Assembly: GCA_019752815.1 (NCBI GenBank)
Contig: JAIELQ010000014.1
Coordinates: 1,035-65,034 of the forward strand
Direction of reading: 5' to 3'
Length of the DNA: 64,000 nucleotides
Source: Patescibacteria group bacterium
GTDB lineage: Bacteria > Patescibacteriota > Minisyncoccia > Phycocordibacterales > UBA918
Notes under the pieces: generated by a model
Databases searched by the model: none
What the model saw: only the letters and a program-made list of their open reading frames with translations
Told to the model about the DNA's origin: nothing
Shown here: positions 27,277-36,577 of the stretch, piece after piece
How the letters are laid out: each line of letters starts with the position of its first letter
Position numbering within the stretch: the stretch's first letter is position 1
Position numbers and translations under genes: made by a program

Positions 27277-28602
27277 ATGTCTGATCCTTCTCACTTATCA
27301 AAATTTGATGTCACACAACGCCAAAAGGCGACATTGCAGTACGTGATTGCCGAGGAAGAAAGTGTTAAAAAGCGAGGAGCGGTTGGTCCAAAAGTATCAA
27401 TTGCCGAAGCGCGGCAAGGCGCAACACACTATCAAGCAGTGTCAGATCGTGAGACGACACGTTTACTTTTTATTTCTCAAGAAACATCACTCCTTAATCA
27501 AACGACGCAGAGTCTTGATGGGTATCTCAATATGTCGGACGTGTTTGATGAGGTACATATTTTGGTGATTCAGGTTGGTAAAGCAATCCGCAATCCGGTG
27601 TTACGGGTGACGGATAATGTGTGGCTCTATACGGTATCAGCTCCTGCCGGATTGGCGCTTATGGCGGCAGCTAAAGACATGATTAAACAGCAGCTTGAAT
27701 TTGCAGATGGATTCAGAGCCGATTTGATTGTGGCCCGAGACCCGCTTCTGTCAGGGTATCTCGCACTGTGGGCGAGTCGACACTACGACCGTCCGGCACA
27801 ACTACACATGGTTGAAGATTTTACCCAAAAAAAGCGTTTCCAAAAATTTTCCCACCCGCGACTAATGTCCTGGTTGTACTCGTATGTCTGCAAACAGTTT
27901 GATAGTATTCGAACGAATACCGATAGTCTGACCCAAAAATTGCAGGCCAAGTACCCGCACAAAACCGACATTAAAACCTTGCCGCGGTTTCACAATTTTG
28001 CCAGTTTAGCTCAAGGGGTAGCAACGATAAATATTAAAGACAAGTATCGCCAGTTTTCATTTATTATTCTGTACGTTGGTCAACTTAATTTTGAGTCAAA
28101 AGCGTACCAAGCAATTGATGCGGCACGGAACCTGATGCGCAGTCCGAAGGTGGGATTGGTTATTCTCGGTGATGGTGATGCTCGTGCAGAGTTTATTAAA
28201 CGAGCAGAATTATTGGGTATTGGATCGCAAGTGGTGTTTGAAAAATCAGCTGTTGACGTGTATAGCTATTTAAAATCAGCTGATGTGTTGCTAGTGCCTG
28301 ATACTGATGAAGAGAGTGATGAGCTGGCCATTCAAGCAGCTGCGGCAGGAATTCCGGTTGTTATGGCCGAGTCTCCAAACCGGCATGATTTATTTTTAGC
28401 TGATGAGGCGGCATTATATTTTAATGGGAATGACATTAATGGTATGTCGAATCAAATGAAAAAAGTATTAAATGATCCGGGTGTCAGGCAAGACTTGGTG
28501 CGCCACGCTCGTGACACGGTGGCACTAAAATTACATGAAGATCCGCTCGCGTATCGGTTGGCGTATCGGGACTCAATCGAAGCAGCCCTCTTCACCGAAT
28601 AA
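27277..28602 (+). CDS. glycosyltransferase family 4 (GT-B)
   Basis: C-terminal Glycos_transf_1 region ...LLVPDTDEESDELAIQAAAAGIPVVMAE. TATACT lies 8 nt before the ATG. Confidence 0.75.
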   Translation: MSDPSHLSKFDVTQRQKATLQYVIAEEESVKKRGAVGPKVSIAEARQGATHYQAVSDRETTRLLFISQETSLLNQTTQSLDGYLNMSDVFDEVHILVIQVGKAIRNPVLRVTDNVWLYTVSAPAGLALMAAAKDMIKQQLEFADGFRADLIVARDPLLSGYLALWASRHYDRPAQLHMVEDFTQKKRFQKFSHPRLMSWLYSYVCKQFDSIRTNTDSLTQKLQAKYPHKTDIKTLPRFHNFASLAQGVATINIKDKYRQFSFIILYVGQLNFESKAYQAIDAARNLMRSPKVGLVILGDGDARAEFIKRAELLGIGSQVVFEKSAVDVYSYLKSADVLLVPDTDEESDELAIQAAAAGIPVVMAESPNRHDLFLADEAALYFNGNDINGMSNQMKKVLNDPGVRQDLVRHARDTVALKLHEDPLAYRLAYRDSIEAALFTE

Positions 28603-28872
28603 AACGCCCAAAAATGTTTAATTTCTGCGTTGCGCTGCGGTAAAATATTTCTCACCGTACGTTGGGTACGGCTCGCAATATTTTCCTTGCGCGCCTTGAA
28701 CTTAAATCATTTTTGAACGTTTTATTGTTTGTTGACATCAAGAACCAAGTATTTTTTGGTATAAATGGATGTAATGAATTGCATTCAATTCTGAAACTCC
28801 TACTGCACATAAATGGTACTGAGGATAGCGACAGAGTAATTTGCCAAGTAAATAGAATATACTAGTTACAAT

Positions 28873-29700
28873 ATGCACGTTCAAAAAAATGCTCCCCAAT
28901 TTATTGGTATTGGTGGTAAAGGGTGTGGGCTGGCGCTCGTGACCGACCTCCTTGATGTCCATCCACAAATTAATAGCCCAATTCCGTCGCTACGGTTTTT
29001 TAGTGGGAGCGCCTATACTGAAAATGATTTATCAAAATACGTTGAGGCGTTATGTTTGGTGCCACCGCCGGCGGTGTGTGGCGAATCATGTCCTGAATAC
29101 TTAACCACGAGCGGAGTGGCAGAGAGAATTGCCCATACCTACCCCGATACCAAATTATTTGTAGTAGTACGAAACCCAATTGATCGGGCGATTGTTGAGT
29201 ACCAGCATGCGCGAGCTGCTCAAAAGATTCCAAAAAACATGACGTGTGCGCAGTATCTGACGAATCATCCTGAAGCTCAGACTGACGGTTTCTTTGGACG
29301 ACACCTGACACAATATTTCACCATTTACACGTCGCTTCAATTGTATGTGATGGTCTATGAAGATTTTGTAAAAGAACCTTTGAAATCAATGCAGAAACTG
29401 TATGATTTTTTAGAGATTGATAAAGAGTTTGTCCCCAAACGATTAGCCGCCTATGCGCCACCCCCGGAAGAACCAAAACATCCAGGACGCATCAAGAGGC
29501 TCTTTAGGTTGATAGGGAAGTTGCTGAAAAAAATTCATCCCAAAAAAGAGTTTGGTCCGCTCACGCCACCGGCACCTACTCATCTTAATTATTTTAGCGA
29601 GGCTGAGCTCGCAGTGTTTAAAAGAACCTTTGCTGCGGATGCGGCACAGTTGTCTAATTTGGTGCATAGAGACATGGTGGTTGAATGGAGTTTGGAGTAG
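28873..29700 (+). CDS. sulfotransferase-family protein (putative)
   Basis: FIGIGGKGCG (5'-PSB-like K loop), VVVRNPIDRAIVEY (3'-PB RNPxDR motif), YEDFVKEPLKSMQKLYDFLEI. TATACT lies 9 nt before the ATG. Confidence 0.5.
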   Translation: MHVQKNAPQFIGIGGKGCGLALVTDLLDVHPQINSPIPSLRFFSGSAYTENDLSKYVEALCLVPPPAVCGESCPEYLTTSGVAERIAHTYPDTKLFVVVRNPIDRAIVEYQHARAAQKIPKNMTCAQYLTNHPEAQTDGFFGRHLTQYFTIYTSLQLYVMVYEDFVKEPLKSMQKLYDFLEIDKEFVPKRLAAYAPPPEEPKHPGRIKRLFRLIGKLLKKIHPKKEFGPLTPPAPTHLNYFSEAELAVFKRTFAADAAQLSNLVHRDMVVEWSLE

Positions 29701-29876
29701 TTGCCTCTAAAAACGAAGTATTTCGTTGTTGCATTTCAAAAAATAATATTCAACGTACAAAAAGTACGCCTCATATTATTTTTTTCATGCGCCTAGAACT
29801 ACACTCGTTTTTAAAGACAACTTTCGACTAATTTATGTTAATGACTGGGTTTTTATCTAGTTTTGCACTGACTGTG

Positions 29877-29905
29877 GCACCTCGTCTAGGGTGGGGTGCT
29901 TTTTT
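29877..29905 (+). terminator. weak candidate terminator
   Basis: gcacc / ggtgc 5-bp stem followed by TTTTTT. Confidence 0.3.
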
Positions 29906-29991
29906 GGATATGGTATATTTATCACTATTATGAACTCAGGGTCACCTGAGGGCACAGGTATAGTATCCATTAATTATAATTTATAAAGAGT

Positions 29992-32208
29992 ATGTCGAAC
30001 CAAACACAAAAGTCACAAAATGGCATCGCTGATATTTTAAAAGGAATAATTTTTATTGGTTTGTTTGCGGTCCCGTTTTTGACACTCTATGTCGAAAATG
30101 ATTTTTTCTTTCCTTTTATTACCGGTAAAAACTTTTTGTTTCGGATTATTGTAGAAATTGTGTTGGCGGCTTGGGTAGTGTTGGCACTCTATGATACGCG
30201 GTACCGTCCAAAGTTTTCCTGGATTCTGGGAACGTTTGGGATTTTAATTGCAGTGATGTTAGCTGCGAACTTGCAGGCCGAGCACGTGCTGACTGCTATC
30301 TGGAGTAACTTTGAACGAATGGATGGGTACGTCACACTGGTGCACGTGTTCGCCTATTTTGTGGTGCTCGGTACTATGCTCCAAACACCAAAGGCCTGGT
30401 CGTATTTCCTCCATACGACGGTAGTGGTGGCTGGTATTGTAGCGTTGAAGGGGCTTTCACAGTTATCGGGTAGTGCGACTCGGGTAGATAGTACGCTTGG
30501 TAACGCAGCCTACATGGCCGTGTACATGTTGTTCCATATCTTCTTTTTGTTCTATCTGTTTATCCAAACTAAGGTCACGCCCTATCGTGTTGTCTACGTG
30601 TTGTTGGCCATCCTCTTTATGTATGTGTTGCTGCAAACCGGAACACGGGGGACAGCAATTGGATTAGTGACCGGTTCGATTGCGATGGTGGGGTACATTG
30701 CGTTGTTTGGTTCACGATTTAAACAAGCGCGAAAATATGCGTTGGGGGCACTTGTGGGTATTGTGCTTTTGTCAGCTGGGTTTATGGCTGCACGAGACAC
30801 GGCATTTATTCAAAATAACCCGTCTCTCTCACGTGTTGCCAATATTGACTTAGGGAACGACCTGCGCATTCGATCTATTATTTGGGGGATGTCAGTCGAA
30901 GGTATCAAAGAAAAACCATTGCTCGGCTGGGGTCAAGGTAACTTCAACTACGTTTTTAATGAGCAGTACGATCCGCGCCTCTTCCAGCAAGAACAATGGT
31001 TCGATCGCGTGCACAACATTGTGTTTGACTGGTTGATTGCAGGTGGTATTATCGGACTCGTATCATACTTCTCGATTTTTGCAGCTCTGTTCTACTATCT
31101 AGTAATCAAGCCAATTCGTCATCCCGATACATCGATGACAGTGATTGAACGAGGGGTGCTCGTGGGGTTGATTGTGGGCTACGTTACGCACAATTTGGTG
31201 GTATTTGATAATATCGTCAGTTACATTTTCTTTGGTACTATCATTGCGCTCATTCACAGCAAGATTAGTACACCGATACCAAAAGTGATGGCGTTTAAAA
31301 TGCCATCAGTTCTCGTGACACAAATTGTGTTGCCGGCGATGATTGTCGTTACAGGAGCAGTTGTCTATTTTGTGAACATTCCGAGTATGCAAGCAGCGGG
31401 TGATGTGATTGTTGCGTTCCAAGGAACAACACTTGAAGCGCGGTACGATGGATTTGATGTGGCACTTAATCGTGATTCATTTGCTAAACAAGAAATTGTT
31501 GAACAATTTGCGCAACAAGCAATGGGTATTGCCCAAACGACTGAAGGTGTGGATCCGGCTACAAAAGAAAAATTCATGACCCGGGCTGAGACAGAGTTGC
31601 TTAAGATGGTAGAAGAAAAACCAGGCGATGCTCGACTCCATGTATTTCTAGCAAGTTACTACCGGGCTACGGGAAATATTGAGAAGGCTAAAGAACAAAT
31701 GGCTACCGCACGGTCTCTTTCGCCAGGTAAGCAAGCAATTATCCTACAACAAGGGGCAATTGAATTGTCGTTGGGTAACAACACTGGCGCGCGGGATTTC
31801 TTTAAAGAAGCGTACGAGCTCGATACAACCAATGACGAAGCCAAAGAGTATTACATTGCATCGTTGTTCTATACCAAAGAGCCAGCAATGGCACAAACAC
31901 TCATTACTGAATCAACTCCCGAGTTCACGGCTCGATTGGCAGCAAGCGACTTTGTTTTAAGTGCTGTGAATGCAGCGGGCGAATATGCCACCCTCGCCAC
32001 ACTCTACGAAGCGCGTGTTACAAACAATGGTAGTAATGCCCAGGACTGGGCGAGCCTTGCCTTTGTGTACTACCAACTTAAACAAAACGATAAAGCTATC
32101 GAGACACTAACGCGCGCTAAAACAGCCGTGCCGTCGTTTAGTACTGCCGCAGAGTGTTTCAGTGCTAACATTGCAAAAGGAGTGTCTCCAGAAGTTGGTT
32201 GTCAGTAG
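29992..32208 (+). CDS. O-antigen-ligase/Wzy-like polytopic membrane protein with C-terminal TPR domain
   Basis: About 12 TM helices in the first 460 aa, then soluble TPR-like repeats (HVFLASYYRATGNIEKAKEQ..., AFVYYQLKQNDKAIE). A perfect TATAAT lies upstream. Confidence 0.55.
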   Translation: MSNQTQKSQNGIADILKGIIFIGLFAVPFLTLYVENDFFFPFITGKNFLFRIIVEIVLAAWVVLALYDTRYRPKFSWILGTFGILIAVMLAANLQAEHVLTAIWSNFERMDGYVTLVHVFAYFVVLGTMLQTPKAWSYFLHTTVVVAGIVALKGLSQLSGSATRVDSTLGNAAYMAVYMLFHIFFLFYLFIQTKVTPYRVVYVLLAILFMYVLLQTGTRGTAIGLVTGSIAMVGYIALFGSRFKQARKYALGALVGIVLLSAGFMAARDTAFIQNNPSLSRVANIDLGNDLRIRSIIWGMSVEGIKEKPLLGWGQGNFNYVFNEQYDPRLFQQEQWFDRVHNIVFDWLIAGGIIGLVSYFSIFAALFYYLVIKPIRHPDTSMTVIERGVLVGLIVGYVTHNLVVFDNIVSYIFFGTIIALIHSKISTPIPKVMAFKMPSVLVTQIVLPAMIVVTGAVVYFVNIPSMQAAGDVIVAFQGTTLEARYDGFDVALNRDSFAKQEIVEQFAQQAMGIAQTTEGVDPATKEKFMTRAETELLKMVEEKPGDARLHVFLASYYRATGNIEKAKEQMATARSLSPGKQAIILQQGAIELSLGNNTGARDFFKEAYELDTTNDEAKEYYIASLFYTKEPAMAQTLITESTPEFTARLAASDFVLSAVNAAGEYATLATLYEARVTNNGSNAQDWASLAFVYYQLKQNDKAIETLTRAKTAVPSFSTAAECFSANIAKGVSPEVGCQ

Positions 32209-32219
32209 GTCTCACAGTC

Positions 32220-33230
32220 ATGTCGTATCAGGTTCAATCAAAGGTGGCTTTGGCACCGTACACGACATTAAAAACGGGTGGCGATGCTGAATACTTTGTT
32301 ACCGTTGAAAATACCGAAGATCTAAAAAAGGCAGTTGCGTTTGCAAAGCAAGCGCAACTGCCTTTTTGTGTCCTTGGTGGTGGTTCAAATATGCTGGTAC
32401 CTGACGCAGGCTACCCGGGGGTAGTGATACAGATGAAGCTGGCTGGAGTGACCTATACGACTTTGGATGAGACCACGTACACGGTGACCGTGGCAGCCGG
32501 GGAAGTGCTTGATGTGCTCGTGGAAGCTACAGTAGCGAGACAATTGTGGGGCCTCGAAAACCTGTCTCATATTCCCGGGAGTGTGGGTGCGACGCCAGTA
32601 CAAAATGTTGGAGCCTACGGCGTTGAAGTTGCTGATGTGATTAGTGAAGTAATAGTATTCGACACAAATACAAATAAAATTATCACACTACAAAATTCTG
32701 ATTGTCAGTTTTCGTATCGACATTCAATCTTTAAAGAAAAAAATAATCTAATCATATTGAGTGTTACGTTCATACTGCACAAAAATCCCAATCCAAAAAT
32801 TGCGTATGCAGATTTAGCACAGCGGACACCAAAGAATCCATTCCCACGTGATGTGCGCACTACGGTCATTGCCATCCGTGCAGAGAAATTTCCTGACTGG
32901 ACTATTGTGGGCACGGCCGGTTCGTTTTTTAAAAACCCCATGGTACCCCACGCGCATGCACAGGAGTTAGCATTAAAATACCCTGCATTACCAATGTATC
33001 CGAGCAGCGATGGACAGACTAAAATATCGTTAGGCTATGTGCTGGATAAAATTTGTGGACTCAAAGGTTTTGCAATTGGTCCAGTACGATTGTATGAGAA
33101 GCAGGCGTTAGTGTTGGTGGCAGAAGCTGGTGCAACAACTACGGACATAAAAAATTTTGTAAAAATAATTTCTGAAAAAGTTTTTGCACACACCGCAATA
33201 AAAATTTCTCAAGAAGTGACTGAAATATAA
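32220..33230 (+). CDS. murB: UDP-N-acetylenolpyruvoylglucosamine reductase
   Basis: LAPYTTLKTGGDAEYF, FCVLGGGSNML (FAD-binding MurB signatures). ATG at 32220; the track starts at an upstream alternative start codon. Confidence 0.85.
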   Translation: MSYQVQSKVALAPYTTLKTGGDAEYFVTVENTEDLKKAVAFAKQAQLPFCVLGGGSNMLVPDAGYPGVVIQMKLAGVTYTTLDETTYTVTVAAGEVLDVLVEATVARQLWGLENLSHIPGSVGATPVQNVGAYGVEVADVISEVIVFDTNTNKIITLQNSDCQFSYRHSIFKEKNNLIILSVTFILHKNPNPKIAYADLAQRTPKNPFPRDVRTTVIAIRAEKFPDWTIVGTAGSFFKNPMVPHAHAQELALKYPALPMYPSSDGQTKISLGYVLDKICGLKGFAIGPVRLYEKQALVLVAEAGATTTDIKNFVKIISEKVFAHTAIKISQEVTEI

Positions 33231-33294
33231 TTTTAAAAAAATAAAAAATATTTTTTACAAAAAAATCTTATCCACATTTTTATTTTAAAAAAAA

Positions 33295-33323
33295 TTGTGC
33301 TAACTATTTTTACGAGGGATAAT
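33295..33323 (+). promoter_or_regulatory. candidate sigma70 promoter
   Basis: TTGTGC, 17-nt spacer, GATAAT, in an AT-rich spacer after murB. Confidence 0.4.
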
Positions 33324-33423
33324 ACTAGTAAGCAGACATTTCTCATTGATAAGTTCTTTGAAAAATAAAGAGGGTGTCATGCGGTCGAAATTTAATCACT
33401 AAAAATCTCACCACAAAAATTTT

Positions 33424-33585
33424 ATGGCAGTAGCAAAAAAGAAGGTAGCCAAGAAAGCGGTAAAGAAAGTAGCTAAGAAGGCTGTAAAGAAAGTAGCCAA
33501 GAAAGCGGTAAAGAAAGTAGCAAAAAAAGCTACTAAGAAAGTAGTAAAGAAGGCAGCAAAAAAAGCACCAGCACGCAAGAAATAA
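33424..33585 (+). CDS. small lysine/alanine-rich tandem-repeat protein (histone H1/Hc1/HU-tail-like nucleoid protein)
   Basis: MAVAKKKVAKKAVKKVAKKAVKKVAKKAVKKVAKKATKKVVKKAAKKAPARKK. About 4.5 tandem 24-nt units of gcggtaaagaaagtagcyaagaar. Terminator immediately downstream. Below the 60-aa ORF-track cutoff. The 60-aa - strand ORF over the same DNA is judged to be its antisense shadow. Confidence 0.5.
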   Translation: MAVAKKKVAKKAVKKVAKKAVKKVAKKAVKKVAKKATKKVVKKAAKKAPARKK

Positions 33586-33613
33586 AACATTTGCGCGTGC
33601 GCTTTATAGCATA

Positions 33614-33644
33614 ATCGCTCCTCCGGGAGCGATTTTGCTTTTTT
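33614..33644 (+). terminator. rho-independent terminator
   Basis: atcgctcc / ggagcgat 8-bp stem with loop tccg, followed by tttgctttttt. Confidence 0.75.
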
Positions 33645-33680
33645 GTGTTTAGGTTCAAAACCATATATACTAGGCGGATT

Positions 33681-36197
33681 ATGTCATTTTTAGATAAATT
33701 TTTTGGTCCAAGCTACGAGCGTGAGTTGGCGCTTTTAGCACCGTTAGTGGTCGCGATTAATGCGCAAGAGACTGACACTGTGAAGTTAACTGATGCTGAG
33801 CTTGTTGCCCGCACTCAATCGCTTAAGGAGCGTGTGCAAAACGGTGAGTCACTTGATGATGTGCTCGTCGAGGCATTTGCGCTGGTGCGCGAATCGAGCA
33901 AGCGAACGATGAGCATGCGACATTTTGATGTACAGCTCTTAGGAGGTATTTTGTTGCATCAGGGAAAAATTACTGAAATGCGTACCGGAGAAGGTAAGAC
34001 CCTCGTTGGGACGTTGCCGGCGTATTTAAATGCCCTTAGTGGTAATGGAGTTCATGTCGTAACTGTGAACGATTACTTGGCACGACGTGACGGGGTGTGG
34101 ATGGGACAAATCTATGCTGCCTTGGGCTTGAGTGTCGGTATTATCAATGGCAGCGGATCATATTTGTATGACCCAACACATTCAGAGCAAGATGCACAGC
34201 GTGATGAGACCGGTTCATTTAAAATTGTGTATGATTTTCTGCGTCCGTGTACTCGCAAAGAAGCCTACGCTGCTGATATTACCTACGGTACCAATAGTGA
34301 GTTTGGGTTTGACTACCTTCGTGACAATATTGAATTTGAGGCAGAGCATGTACGACAACGCGGCCATCACTTCGCCATTATTGACGAAATCGACTCAATT
34401 TTAATTGATGAGGCCCGAACACCATTAATTATTTCAGCTCCGGCAGCAGACTCAGAAAATCTCTATGAGCTGTTTGCTTCCATTGCCCGGAATTTAAAAA
34501 AAGACGAACACTTTACTGTAGATGAAAAACTCCGTAGCGCTACGCTAACTGATGCGGGGATCGAAGCGGCCGAAAAAATGCTGGGTGTTGAAAATATTTA
34601 TACCGACAAAGGTATTAAGTATGTGCACCATTTGGAAACAGCGGTCAAAGCCAAGGCTCTATATAACGCTGATAAAGAGTACGTGGTGCGTGATAACGAG
34701 ATAGTTATTGTTGATGAGTTTACAGGACGTATGCAACCGGGTCGTCGCTGGTCTGATGGGTTGCACCAAGCCGTTGAAGCCAAAGAAGGAGTGCAGATAC
34801 AACGTGAATCACGTACCTATGCCTCGGTAACCTACCAAAACTATTTCCGTATGTATGATAAGTTGGCAGGCATGACGGGAACGGCCCTTACCTCACAAGA
34901 AGAGTTTTATACCGTGTATAAACTAGAAGTAGTACCAGTGCCAACTCACCGTAAGGTACAGCGAACTGACTTAAACGATTTAATCTACCAAAATGAAGCC
35001 GGGAAATTTACCGCTATTATTAATCGGGTGAAGGAGGTGAATGCGACCAAACAGCCGCTCTTGATTGGTACCGCATCCATTGAATCAAACGAACGGTTGT
35101 CGGCAGCACTTTCTAAAGCCGGAGTACAACATGAGATGCTTAACGCTAAAAATCACGAACGAGAAGGTGAAATTATTGCGGGCGCCGGGAGAATGGGTGC
35201 CGTAACGCTCGCCACCAACATGGCCGGTCGTGGGGTAGATATTAAGCTCGGTGGCCCAACTGCGACTGAAGAAGAAGCAGCCGCTGTTAAAGCGCTCGGT
35301 GGGCTATTTGTCCTCGGTACTGAGCGACACGAAGCGCGTCGCATCGATAACCAGTTACGCGGCCGTTCAGGACGGCAGGGAGATTTAGGAACGACTCAAT
35401 TTTTCGTTTCGATGGAAGACTCGCTCATGCGTATTTTTGGTGGGGAGCGTGTTAAACGCCTCATGGGCACATTTGGTATTCCAGAAGATCAACCTATTGA
35501 AATGAAGATGATATCGCGGCAACTTGAATCAGCCCAAACGCGTATTGAAGGTTTCCACTTTGATGCCCGCAAGCAAGTGTTGGCGTACGATGATATTCTA
35601 AATCAGCAACGTATCGCAACCTATGCTCGCAGACGAAAATTACTCGTCGGTGACGAAGAAGAAGTGGCTGCAGTGTTGTCGGAATTGATTGCCCTTTCGG
35701 ATGAGGCAGCGGCTGCAGTAGCAGCCAAACGAGCTGAATTAGGTGAAGAGCAATTCATGAAGCTTTTCCAGCGACTGGCCCTGCAAATGATTGATACCCT
35801 GTGGGTAGAGCATCTTGAAGTAATGAACTACACTCGTAACAGTGTGAATTTGCGCGCCTACGGTCAACGTGATCCACTGGTTGAATACCGCACTGAAGGT
35901 ACCCGATTATTTGCTGAAATGAAAGCAGCAGTCCTTTCCCGCATAATGGAAGTGCTACCAAAAATGGTGCCACAAATTGTTGAACGTGAAGCAGCGGCAC
36001 TGCAAAAACAAGCCGAAGCAGTTATCGCCAGTAGTACCCAAAAGAGCGAAACCGCACCAACGAACAAGCCTGCAGTGGCACCTGATGAACCAAATCGCAA
36101 TGATATCGTTACCATTACCAATGGAACAGAAACAAAAGAATTAAAGTATAAAAAAGCGGCTGAGTTTATCGCTAACGGATGGGTACTCAAAAAGTAG
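33681..36197 (+). CDS. secA: preprotein translocase ATPase SecA
   Basis: HFDVQLLGGILLHQGKITEMRTGEGKTLV (DEAD motor Walker A), LAGMTGTA, TNMAGRGVDIKLGG. TATACT lies 9 nt before ATG 33681. Confidence 0.9.
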   Translation: MSFLDKFFGPSYERELALLAPLVVAINAQETDTVKLTDAELVARTQSLKERVQNGESLDDVLVEAFALVRESSKRTMSMRHFDVQLLGGILLHQGKITEMRTGEGKTLVGTLPAYLNALSGNGVHVVTVNDYLARRDGVWMGQIYAALGLSVGIINGSGSYLYDPTHSEQDAQRDETGSFKIVYDFLRPCTRKEAYAADITYGTNSEFGFDYLRDNIEFEAEHVRQRGHHFAIIDEIDSILIDEARTPLIISAPAADSENLYELFASIARNLKKDEHFTVDEKLRSATLTDAGIEAAEKMLGVENIYTDKGIKYVHHLETAVKAKALYNADKEYVVRDNEIVIVDEFTGRMQPGRRWSDGLHQAVEAKEGVQIQRESRTYASVTYQNYFRMYDKLAGMTGTALTSQEEFYTVYKLEVVPVPTHRKVQRTDLNDLIYQNEAGKFTAIINRVKEVNATKQPLLIGTASIESNERLSAALSKAGVQHEMLNAKNHEREGEIIAGAGRMGAVTLATNMAGRGVDIKLGGPTATEEEAAAVKALGGLFVLGTERHEARRIDNQLRGRSGRQGDLGTTQFFVSMEDSLMRIFGGERVKRLMGTFGIPEDQPIEMKMISRQLESAQTRIEGFHFDARKQVLAYDDILNQQRIATYARRRKLLVGDEEEVAAVLSELIALSDEAAAAVAAKRAELGEEQFMKLFQRLALQMIDTLWVEHLEVMNYTRNSVNLRAYGQRDPLVEYRTEGTRLFAEMKAAVLSRIMEVLPKMVPQIVEREAAALQKQAEAVIASSTQKSETAPTNKPAVAPDEPNRNDIVTITNGTETKELKYKKAAEFIANGWVLKK

Positions 36198-36577
36198 CTC
36201 TCGAACTTTCTCAAACGGTGAATGAAGAAACGAGCGTAGCGATTATTCTGAATTTCACCACAAGGGCATACCCATTTTTATGGTCGAGCAAAGCTCTTCC
36301 TAAAAATTAGATAATGTCCCGATTTTTCCTCCTAAGGAAAATCGCTGGACCGCATTTCGTCGATATTTCCCTTGCCCTTCTTACAGAAGCTGTCCACTCA
36401 TTGGCTAGGTTGTTTCTCAAGTTCACAACCTAACTCAATGAGTCTTGCGGAAGCTCTTTAGTTCGCTTCCTCACCTAGAACTTTAGTCATTTATTGAAGG
36501 TTTGACCGTAGCCTAAAATCGCGGAAAATAAGCCGAGTCATTGCTAATTCGGTATATTAATGGTATTACTTAGGGCT

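Noticed and set aside
33424-33585. CRISPR-like array suggested by the regular 24-nt periodicity
   Set aside because: The repeats are contiguous with no unique spacers, in-frame, and encode a K/A heptad-like protein.
33408-33590. 60-aa - strand ORF with FFTAFLATFF repeats
   Set aside because: It is the exact antisense of the lysine-codon repeat. The + strand K/A-rich reading has a promoter upstream and a terminator downstream in its own orientation and resembles known histone-like proteins.
36198-36577. tRNA, tmRNA or RNase P RNA in the secA-obg spacer
   Set aside because: No T-loop (GTTCRANYC) or D-loop consensus, no tmRNA tag frame, and no P4/CR-I/CR-V RNase P blocks could be aligned by eye. 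Left as an unclassified structured spacer.
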